Shown here piece by piece: positions 1 through 9,829 of a DNA stretch of 38,173 bases. The stretch comes from Octopus sinensis (Eukaryota). The notes beneath the pieces are model-generated. The model had not been told where the DNA came from and ran no database searches. It saw only the letters and a program-made list of their open reading frames with translations. Positions within the stretch are counted from its first letter, which is position 1, and every line of letters begins with the position of its first letter. The stretch spans positions 1-38,173 of the forward strand of contig NW_021829867.1 of the NCBI RefSeq assembly GCF_006345805.1, written 5' to 3'. A program made the position numbers and the translations under genes.

Positions 1-412
1 GAGGATGAGAATTACAAGAAGAAAAAGGAGCAGGAGGGGAGAAGAGGAGGAGGAAGAGAAAATGAAGAAGAAAATGAAGAAGAAAAGGAAAAAAAAAACT
101 TAGAAGAAGAAAAGTAGGAGGAGGAGGTGAAGAAGAAGAATAGAAGAAATGAAGAACAAGAAGAAGAAGATAAAGAAGGAGAAAAAGAAGAAGAAGAAGT
201 GAAGAAAATGAAGGAGGAGGAGGAACAGGAGGAGAGGCGGACGTGGAAGAAGACGAAGAAGAAGAAGAAGAAGAAGAGGAAGTAGAAGAAGACGAGGAAG
301 AAGAAGAAGTAGAAGATGAAGAAGAAGAAGAAGGAGAAGGAGAGAAGAAGAAGAAGAAGAAGAAGAAGAAGAAGAAGAAAAAGAAAAAGAAGAAGAAAAA
401 GAAGAAAATAAC
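1..412 (+). repeat. (GAA/GGA)n purine tract, truncated by the window edge
   Basis: Nearly pure A/G on the + strand. Source of the poly-L/F/S ORF artefacts. Confidence 0.97.
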
Positions 413-1560
413 ACATTGAAAATCATGGTGTTGAAGACGAATCTGGAAATGTTCTCAAAATATCAGGAAATAATTCAAGGATAGATCGATAAATTCTGGG
501 CGAGAAGACATGGCTGAAAAATCAGGGAATATACGGAATCAGAAATCAACATATTCAAATGCACTCATACGCATTCTTATATTCATAGTATCAACGACGG
601 AATGAGGTATGCACACTCACATCACACATATTCCCACTCACCCTTGTGGACATATGGTGAGAGAGATTATTTATTTCATATCGCTTCATTGTCACAAGAA
701 TATTAGAAAACACACGCTTACAAGAAATATATCAGCAGTTTAATTGTATCAGGCCAAATATTCCAGCTTACAAGTACAGTAAGTATTTCAGGTTTACAGA
801 TAGAATGTATGTGACTATATTATTCGAATATATATTTTCCGCTTCCACTTCAGTTGCTCTCTTACATAAATAACGGGAAGTGAATGACAAAATTCGAATT
901 TGAATGATAATATCGAAACACGAAGGAGAATATTGAAATAGAAATGAGGAGATGTAAAACTAAATAAGGAATATTATATTCACATTTCACACAGAACTAC
1001 ACTTATATATGAACATACACATATACTTCAGCTAAAAATATTTGATGCAAACATGTAAACTAACAAACGTTACCATTTCTAATACAAATTCATATCAAAA
1101 TCATTGAAATTTGGGGAACAAAAATGAGTTATTGAGATGCGAATTGAAACAAAGCAACTATAATAAAGGAACATTATATTTTTCCTATTATTTCATTTTC
1201 TCTCTCAAATTCTCTCTCTTTCTTTCACATTGTCTCGCTCTCTCATATTCTCTTTGTATCTTCCTAAATCGTGTTGATTCTACAAATTCGAATTGATTTT
1301 GTTTGGCGCAGTCTGAAATGTTTTACATTTGTGAGCTGATATATCAGCATCAATTATTACTTTCGGAAAATAGTATCAAGAAACTGAACGAACTTACAAG
1401 TATTTTAAATTTGAAAGCCCCGTGAATGCTCCTTCTTTAATGGTTGCAATGTTGTTCCCTCGCAGATTTCTATAGCAGTAAAGAAAGAGTAAAATAGATT
1501 ATATGGAAAATATTTGTGATACGACATCAAACACTGTGACTTCAGAATGAAAGGAAGAAA
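413..1560. repeat. Tandem intron+exon duplication unit, copy A (unique part)
   Basis: 413-807 matches 2809-3203 (offset 2396) and 1111-1560 matches 3221-3670 (offset 2110), with only scattered substitutions. Contains LRR exon 3. Confidence 0.95.
1398..1469 (-). CDS. 72-bp LRR exon (coding exon 3), one 24-aa typical-type LRR
   Basis: ...ctttactgctatag|a aat ctg cga ggg aac aac att gca acc att aaa gaa gga gca ttc acg ggg ctt tca aat tta aaa tac tt|gtaagt gives (L)NLRGNNIATIKEGAFTGLSNLKY(L). It is phase 2/2 and a paralog of exon 2. The gene continues beyond the left edge. Confidence 0.95.
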
Positions 1561-2808
1561 AGGCAGAAAGATAACGAAGAAGAAAAGGAAGAAGAAGGAG
1601 GAGGAGGTGAAGAAGAAGAAAAAGAAGAAGAAGAAGAAGAATTAGTAGAAGAAGAAAGGAGAAGAAGGAGAAGAAAAAGAAGAGGAAGAAGGAATAGGAG
1701 GAAAAAGGAGGAGGAGGATGGTAAAAGGGAAGAAGTAGTAGCGGAAAAAGTAAAAGAAGAAGAAGGAGGAGGAGGAGGAAAAAGGAGGAGGAGGAGAATG
1801 ATGGGGAAGAATAAGTAGGAGAAGATGAAAAAGAAGAAGAAGATGAAGGAGGAGGAGGATGAGAATAACAAAAAGAAGAATATAAGAAGAAGAAAGAGGA
1901 GTAGGAGGAGAAGTAAATGTTGAAGTAGAAAGTAGTAGAAGAAGAAGAAGAAGGAGAAGAAGTATGAGAAGAAAAAAAGAGTAGAAAAATGAGAAGAAGA
2001 AAAGAAAAAGGAGGAGGAGGAAAAGAAGAAGAAGAAGAATTAGAAGAAGACGCAGAAGAAGAAGAAAAAGAAGCGGGAGAGGAGGGGGAGGAGGAGAATT
2101 ACAAGAAAAAAAGGAGGAGGAGGGGCGGAGAGGATTGGGACGAAAGAAAGAAGAGGAAAAAAGAAGTAGAAGAAGGAAGAGGAAAAAGGAGGAGGAAGCA
2201 ATGAAGGGGAAAAGTAGGAGTAGAAGAAAAAGAAGAAGAATAAGAAGAAGAAGGAGGAGGAGAAGGAGGAGGAGTAGTTGAAAAAGTTGAAAGTAGAAGA
2301 GGATGTAGGAGAAGAAGAAGAAGAAATAAGTAGAAGCGATAGAAGAAGAAAAAGAATAAGGAGAAGAGAAGAAGAAGAAGAAGAAGAAGACGAAGAAGGA
2401 GAAGAAGAAGAAGAAGAAGAAGAAGAAGAAGAAATTAAGAACGATCAGGAGAGAGGGAGGAGGAGAATTATTACAAGAGGAAAATGATGAGGATGGGCGG
2501 AGTGGTGGAGGAAGAGAATTTAAGAAGAAATGAGAATAGAAGAAGAAGAATTAGAAGAGGAAGAAGGAGTAGGAGGAGTAGAAGTAGAAGAAAAAGAAAA
2601 GAAGAGAAGAAGAAGAAGAAGAAGAAGAAGGAAAAGAAGAAAAAGAAGAGAAGAAAGAAGGAGGAGAAGGAGCAGCAGGAGGAGAGGAAGAGGAAGAGGA
2701 AGAAGAAGAAGAAGTAGAGAAGAAGAAGAAGAAGAAGGAGAAGAAGAAGAAGAAGAAGAAGAAGAAGAAGAAGAAGGAGGAGAAGAAGAAGAAGAAGACG
2801 AAGAAGAT
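1548..2808 (+). repeat. About 1.26 kb imperfect (GAA/GGA)n purine tract
   Basis: Directly visible. It lies in the intron between LRR exons 2 and 3 and ends about 78 bp before the exon 3 acceptor in transcript orientation. Confidence 0.97.
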
Positions 2809-3670
2809 ACATTGAAAATTATGGCGTTCAAGATGAAACTGAAAATGTTCTTAAAATATCAGGAAATAATTCAAGGATAGATCGATAAATATTGGGCGAG
2901 AAGACATGGCTGAAAAATCAGGGAATATACGGAATCAGAAATCAACATATTCAAATGCACTCATACGCATTCTTATATTCATAGTATCAATGACGGAATG
3001 CGGTATGCACACTCACATCACACATATTCCCACTCACCCTTGTGGAAATGTGGTGAGAGAGATTATTTATTTCATATCGCTTCATTATCACAAGAATATT
3101 AGAAAACACACGCTTACAAGAAATATATCAGCAGTTTAATTGTATCAGGCGAAATATTCCAGCTTACAAGTACAGTAAGTATTTCAGGTTTACAGATAGA
3201 ATGCATAAATAACAAAACTTTTGGGGAACAAAAATGAGTTATTGAGATGCGAATTGAAACAAAGCAACTACAATAAAGGCACGTTATATTTTTCCTATTA
3301 GTTCACTTTCTCTCTCAAATTCTCTCTCTTTCTTTCACATTGTCTCGCTCTCTTATATTCTCTTTGTATATTCCTAAATCGTGTTCATTCTACAAATTCG
3401 AATTGATTTTGTTTGGCGCAGTCTGAAATTTTATACATTTGTGAGCTTATATATCAGCATCAATTATTACTTTCGGAAAATAGTATCAAGAAACTGAACG
3501 AACTTACAATGTCTTTAAATTCGAAAGCCCCGTGAATGCTCCTTCTTTGATGGTTGAAATCTTGTTCCCTCGCAGATCTCTATAGCAGTAGAGAAAGAGT
3601 AAAATAGATTATTTGGAAAATATTTGTGATACGATATCAAACACTTTGACTTCAGAATGAAAGGAAGAAA
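2809..3670. repeat. Tandem intron+exon duplication unit, copy B (unique part)
   Basis: Paralog of 413-1560 that lacks about 286 bp of it. Contains LRR exon 2. Confidence 0.95.
3508..3579 (-). CDS. 72-bp LRR exon (coding exon 2), one 24-aa typical-type LRR
   Basis: ...ctctactgctatag|a gat ctg cga ggg aac aag att tca acc atc aaa gaa gga gca ttc acg ggg ctt tcg aat tta aag aca tt|gtaagt gives (L)DLRGNKISTIKEGAFTGLSNLKT(L). It is phase 2 at both ends, in frame with exon 1, and matches xLxxNxIxxIxxxAFxGLxxLxxL. Confidence 0.95.
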
Positions 3671-3811
3671 AAGAAGAAAGATAACGAAGAAGAAAAAGAA
3701 GAAGAAATATAACGAAGAAGAAGAGAAGAAGAAGAAGAAGAAGAAGAGAAGAAGAAGAAGAAGAAGAAGAAGAAGCAGAAGGAGAAGAAGAAGAAGCAGG
3801 AGGAGAAGAAT
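3658..3811 (+). repeat. Short (GAA)n tract marking the right end of the duplication array
   Basis: Directly visible. Same position relative to exon 2 as the long tract has to exon 3. Confidence 0.95.
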
Positions 3812-4014
3812 ATCTTAATGTGGCAGCCGTTTCATGTTTATTTCCTACTTGACTTGCACAACCTCGAGTATCCGCTTCGCCTCTCTATGTACCAACACAC
3901 ACATCCACACACATACACGCACATGTATGCACATATAAGCACATACACACATATACACTCAGAAATATACACACATATGTATATCTACCTCTGGGTGCGA
4001 GTATGTGTGTGAAC

Positions 4015-5050
4015 CTCGTCCCCGTAGTGGTGTCCTTTTATCTGTCGATACAGTTTATTATCGAATCTAAAGGTGTTGTCTTCTAGTTCCCGGCGTGTGT
4101 CTTTGGAAATGCGTTTTGAAGCGTTCGTCCATCCGTCCGCTATGTTTTTCTACCCAGTGTTTGATTGCTCCCAGGCCCAAAGTGTGATGTATTTGTACAA
4201 AGATTAGTCAAATCTTTTAAGTATAGTACGTTCTGGGACAGTGGGTGGAATGTGTTTGATGAAATCCATATCGTCTCGGGTATAGCTGGGCATTAATGGG
4301 CACAACGGTTTGAGGAGTATATCCAAAAGATGGCTCAGTTGTTGTGTTGGGGCTCAAGGTCCAGCAACTGTTGGTCTCAATTTGATGTCAGTAGGTCTTA
4401 GTATTTTTATATGCTGATCCTTGCATTTTGGAGCATTCGCAGATCTTGGGTGATCCATAGAAATTACTCTCTTTCATTACAGAGCTGCATAAATAATCTT
4501 TCTCTTTATCTGTGAACGAACGTTGGTATTCATTTATCTTAATTTTGGGTGTATTCATTATTACTTTCTCCGCGAGTCTTGGTTCTTCCTTGTAGCAGGA
4601 TTAGTCTGTTTCCAATATTTTATCTTTATTGTAGTCTTGGTCCGTGACTGCTATCGCCCTTCCCCAATCGGTTTCGTTTAGGATGATTAAATTGTCAATT
4701 TGCAGTTTGTAAGGCTTTCTTTTCGTCTTCACGAAGGTTCTGTTTGCATTTTCGTATATTTTATTATATAAGATATAAAACAGATTTAAGTCACCACGTA
4801 AAGTATGAATGAAAAACACACATGCATGTAAAATATGAGAAAAGAATGGATGTTCAAAATATTTGTGATTTGAATTAGATTTACAAAGCCTTCGTTGCAA
4901 CATCAGTTTTCAGTGGAAGATATTTTTATCATCTCAGAAGTCAGCTTTATTTATAAATATCTTGTTTCTGTCCAATGAGCATTCTATTTGTTATTACACT
5001 TTGCTGTCAAAAGTAATTTATCTTTGCAAAAGTAAACTCCTCTCCTTTGC
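4015..5050 (-). mobile_element. Degenerate Penelope-like retroelement RT remnant
   Basis: Frameshifted minus-strand translation gives LIILNETDWGRAIAVTDQDYNKDKIL (ADKG-region-like), LRPTVAGP*APTQQLSHLLDILLKPL..SYTRDDMDF, and NTFRFDNKLYRQIKG, all resembling Penelope RT motifs. Confidence 0.8.
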
Positions 5051-6429
5051 ATAATTGATGCATAAAAGTTCTTCACAAAAATAAATAAACCCCCAAAACT
5101 TCAAGACTGAAATAATAGACTAGGAAGGAAAACATAACAGAAATAGAAAGGGATTTATTAATAGAATTGGTGATGGTAGAGTGGGGAAACCCTGATATAA
5201 TTTTGAGTTATGTGCTACAAAGGAGAACAACCTTACATGGTGATTTAACTGGTTAAGGGTGTTATTTAAAAAAGGGATGTGGCAACATACATTGCCTTAG
5301 TTTTTTCGTCTTTTTTTAGCCCTTTGCTCCTTACTCTTGCTGTATTAAACCTCAGTTTGTTACCATTATTAGCCATCTATGCTAAATCCTTCATCCCCTA
5401 AATAGCATCCCTGTTAATCATTCCTGTAAAGGTTAACCTGCAACAGCTCAAACGGAATATTAATGATATCTGTCTCACAAGTATTGGAGATCTTGCAGGG
5501 GTTAAAAAACTTGTATGATCCTTTCTCCAAAATCGGTAAAATAAAAAGTGTGGAATTTTAACTCAGGTCACAGACAACTGGACAATATACTGCAAGGTGT
5601 CTTATTCGAGGTCCTCATAGTTGCATTTGTTCATTGAACTGTTATGGTTCTTTATTGATCTCTGAAATGAATGACCCAAGGTTGACCTTGGCGGGACTTG
5701 AAGTCAGATTGCCGTGTGTCAGAACGCAATGTATTCTGCTAGACGGTCAAAAGATTTGTGCCTATCCTCGCTCAAGTTATGAACGATGAAAATATCTAAC
5801 TTATTAAATAGAACTTCAACTTTACTATTCAACATCTTGAGTTATACGAGATTTAGGAATTCCATTATTGACACTTTTCTCTTTATTTTACATTAGGATT
5901 TCTCATTTTGTCAAAACGTTCCAAATGTTTTGAGAAACAGATCTGATCGAATGAATTGATCCACTTTAGTATTAGAATATTTGATTAAAACTGAAAGTTT
6001 AAGGTGATTAATGCAATGATGCAAGCCAATTAACTGGAAATAATCACCTGGAAGAGCAATGTGTTGCAACAGAGTATTTGTTATGATTGCATGTATCAAA
6101 TAATTTCTCTTTTTTATTCTATTCCATTTCTTGAGACATTAAATTTTAATAATTTACTTAAAAATTGCGTAAGATTTCAGGTGAACGGGGATACATCAAT
6201 CAGCCGAAACTTCAATTAACCTTCCATAATTTTGTAATAAGGTTTATTGTGTTCATGATAGGGTAAATTTTACTAATGACATTCTATCAAAAATAAATTC
6301 CTCATAATTTGTTAAAATAACACTATTTTGATTTCTTCACTTAGGTATTTTAAGAATTTGGCAATTTAAGCGGATCTCGTCATTATCTGCTGTTTAATCC
6401 ATCTGTTTCATTTTTAATTATAAAAATAA

Positions 6430-6642
6430 TAATTTCTTCCATAGGAACAAACCTGAAATTTTGGGAAAGGGACAAGTCCTTTACATTGATCTCAGAGATA
6501 AATTGCTATTTATTTTACCGACTCCAAAAGAATGAAAAACAAAGTCAACCTCGACAGAATTTAAAATCGAAACGTAAAGACGAACGAAATACCGCTCAAC
6601 ATTTTGTCTGGCGTGCACAACGATTCTGATAGCTCGCTGCAT
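6430..6642 (-). mobile_element. SINE family B (tRNA-derived), degenerate
   Basis: Reverse-complement similarity to the copies at 16664 and 27869 (gtcgactttgcctttcatcctttcggggtcgat block). Confidence 0.7.
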
Positions 6643-7099
6643 ATTCTATTATAAAATTAACACAAATTAACAATTAACAATTATTCTGTGACGCGATCAA
6701 CTGATATTATATCATATTACTGTAATAATAAGCAACAATTCAACTAATTAATGATATAATATAACTATGTGGAATACACGTTTTCTTAGCACTAAAGTTT
6801 TTATACTGTCCGTTCATTGAATATACCGTAAGATTTGATAAGTTCAGACAAATGAAATCAAAGTCAGATACTAGTCATATCCAATCTCTGTGTATGCGAT
6901 GTTATATATTATAAATTCAATATGGTAAGTAACAGTTTATTTGACTTCACAGCAGGTAACATATCGATTTGTTTTACTCTAACATAAGATTGTGCTTAAA
7001 GCTGTGAGATAAACAGCATAAGCGATTAGCTGAGAACATAATCAATGAGAATTTAAAATATTGGATGTGGAAAATACGTAGAAAGTGTCAAATACTTAC

Positions 7100-7290
7100 A
7101 AATATTCAACATTCGTCGGAATTGGTTGTGGAATCGATGGTAAATTGCGATGTGCACAATTTATTCTCGTTGTAAGTGAATTGCAAGTACATTTCTTGCA
7201 TATATCTGAATCAGCTTGAGTCTCCAAAAACAATATCGTACACAGTATCAACACAAGAGACCGTCTATATGATACTACGTGGTGAAACAT
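7100..7290 (-). CDS. First coding exon of a secreted or membrane LRR protein: signal peptide + LRR N-terminal cap (LRRNT)
   Basis: Translates to MFHHVVSYRRSLVLILCTILFLETQA|DSDICKKCTCNSLTTRINCAHRNLPSIPQPIPTNVEY(L). It has a hydrophobic signal core, a CxxCxC..C cap and LxxIPxxIP. The acceptor is ...ttttcttcttttacag (AG at 7312-7311; exon starts 7310, ATG at 7290). The donor is GTAAGT at 7099-7094, splitting the Leu codon tt| (phase 2). Confidence 0.92.
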
Positions 7291-8458
7291 ATTGCCAGGC
7301 GTAGATTTATCTGTAAAAGAAGAAAATAGGAAATGTCAGAGATTTCAATGTTATTAACTTCAAATTGCAGATTCTCTGAAGGAACTAAAATTCACCCCTG
7401 TTCCACATGACAAATATATTTTTGTTTTCATGATTGGATATTTAAAGCTAAAAAATTAAATTTCGATAAATTAGTGTGAAGAAATTTATAAAAATATTAT
7501 AGCTTTAACGCGTAATAATATCAAAGAAAACACCAAACTCACACACACAAACACAAACGCACTCCTACACACATCTGTAACCATACTCGGAGGGGGGTGT
7601 AATATATATATATACAAAACTAGCGAACCATGAGTTTCGTAGACCCTAAATACGCAGTGGTTGTAAACCCGGTTGGGTCGTTAAATCCGATGGGACCCCA
7701 CAAGCAACTGTATTGTATCAAAGGATTTTTCCTGTACCCCAGTTTTAGAAGCATTCATACACATTTTTCCTAAAATACACTTTCATGATTTCATTTTACT
7801 TACTTTTTTTTTTACTGAAAACAAGAATAAAGCATGAACGTAAATCTATATATATAAAACTCAACTTGTGTGTCTATCTGTGTATCTGTGTGTGTGTCTG
7901 TGTCTTTTACTTCCCGGCACATCTCCTCCTAACAACAAATCGTAGAACCACCAAACATGGGTCACTTAAAGTTTAGGCGAATGAAAATTGAACTGCGCTA
8001 TTTCTGTTCCGAAATTCATCTCGCAAGTGCAAAAATCGATAATGTGTTTGTTTAGGCCTTCCCCCATGCATTGAATAGTGAACTTTACTCAGTCAGCTGT
8101 TTGACGTGAACTGTGTTCACCACGCGTGCAAGCATGCGTAAATTGCATGAAAAATAAAAAAGCAAGACGAATCGCCGTAAACATTGTAGAAATTCGGCAA
8201 AGAAATGAATTTTCGGGATGTAGCCTGGAGGGTTTTTCCCTATTAATCGTTTGGACTTTGTGAACTCATACCAATTGTTTTCATAACATTTTCATAACAT
8301 TTTTAACGCTTGAATTAAATGTGACCATTTTGCGTTGAATCACTAACCAAATTTTAGCAGGCAGGATTTTTGATCATCACAATATATCGCTAGCGACTCC
8401 CTGAAACTCTCCTCTGATATCCTCGTTGAGAAATACTGTTCTAAAAGAATAATTCAAC

Positions 8459-8650
8459 AATGCAATTTTCTGTATGTTATATGTGTTTGTAAGTCCTTGT
8501 GTTTTTGTTATGTATTTGTCTGAATAATTTTTTATCATGCCTAATGCACTTACTATGATAGGAATTGTTTCTGTTTTTAGATTCCTCGTTCGAGTTACCT
8601 CTATTTCCAGGTCTTTGTATTTTGAAAGTTTCTCCATTTCTTTATTGTCA
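8459..8650 (-). mobile_element. R4/Dong-like (RLE clade) LINE 3' fragment
   Basis: EKLSKYKDLEIEVTRTRNLKTETIPIIVSALGMIK..IQKIALL matches the restriction-like endonuclease C-terminus. It starts next to a short (TAA)n. Confidence 0.8.
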
Positions 8651-8899
8651 TTATTATTATTTGTGTCGGTTTTGGAGACTAGTTGTTCGGAGCTCTAAGT
8701 TTTCTTTAGAATTTGTTGTTACAATGTTGTTTTCAAAATTTTATTGACTACAGAACCCACCTCGCTGTAAGCGGGGCTAGCTGCGGTGGCCAGAATTCGC
8801 CCCTTAAAGGCGAATTTTGTGTTTTAAAAACTACAAATTAATATTTTGAAAAGAAAAAGTTCAGTCTGGCTTCCCAAATCGAGGCAATAAAGGTTCTTA

Positions 8900-9760
8900 C
8901 ATCATCCGTTTTGACATTTTGTCACCTCCGCTTCTGAATATTTTTGAGAAACAAAGCAAAGACAGCAGTAGTAGCAACAACAACAACAGCATCACAACCA
9001 TCAGCACCAACAAAAACATAACAGAAAAATGAAGAGAAGGCAAGGAATCAATCCACTTTGACCCTAAAAAAGAAGACACACCACCAGAAATAGACAGCTG
9101 ATTCTTGGTGGTAGATGTCCTCTTGGACATATAGGTCAAAACGAGCATCTTACAGATGCGGAAACTTTACTAACAAAACTATTCGGGTCAAGGCCTAAAA
9201 TTGTGGGTGAAAATGGACAGCCAAAATCTGGACACAATTCCAGATATCATAAATTCACACGGTGGCACCAACCTCCACGTGGCCTTTGAAAGCTGATGGT
9301 TTCGGTATCATCTGTGTGGGAACACAAATCATCTAAAATTCTTCTATTGCCCACAACAAATTAGAGAAAGGAGCCTCTCAATTTTGCCAACATCATCAAC
9401 ACCACCACCACAGCAACAATAACAACAATAGCAACAGCACCAACAGAGGCAGGTGACCATCGCGGCTACAAAATCAAGAATAACAGTAGCAGCAACACTA
9501 ATCGCAGCAGCACGGGCAGCAGCAAAAACAACAGCATCAACCCCGGTCCCCACCACCAAAAAAGCAACAACGTTATGAATAGGACAACGCCAAAAAGCTC
9601 TACAAGATTTGCCCCTCCCCTGTTCGGAGCACTCAGACATACCTTGCGCGGATAGGGACGACGAAAGACAAAAATGGCAAGTAGTCGCCTGAACACGCAA
9701 AAGAAAAAGAAACAGAACCCAAAACACACAGACAATACAGACATAGACTTGCCCAAATGC
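8900..9760 (+). mobile_element. Degenerate LINE ORF1 (gag-like) remnant
   Basis: Frame reading LKLWVKMDSQNLDTIPDIINSHGGTNLHVAFES*WFRYHLCGNTNHLKFFYCP (decayed CCHC knuckle), then a Q/T/A-rich linker and WQVVA*TRKRKKK. Confidence 0.55.
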
Positions 9761-9829
9761 ATCAATAAATTAACATTGATATTTTTTCACCGTTGTTGCA
9801 ATCATCTGAAATGGAACTGTCAAAGCGCG

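Noticed and set aside
415-513. Strong acceptor (tttttcag) followed by FIDLSLNY
   Set aside because: That frame has a stop in both copies and is out of phase with the LRR exons.
772-860. Minus-strand frame ..IYSNNIVTYILSVNLKYLLYL ending at tt|gtaagc, LRR-like
   Set aside because: There is no in-phase AG or pyrimidine tract, the spacing does not fit the 24-aa repeat, and it is broken in copy B.
12-2880. Long poly-L/F/S/E/R ORFs in the track
   Set aside because: They are translations of (GAA)n tracts lying within introns of the LRR gene.
5911-6099. 62-aa ORF inside intron 1
   Set aside because: No LRR pattern, no splice signals and no recognisable homology.
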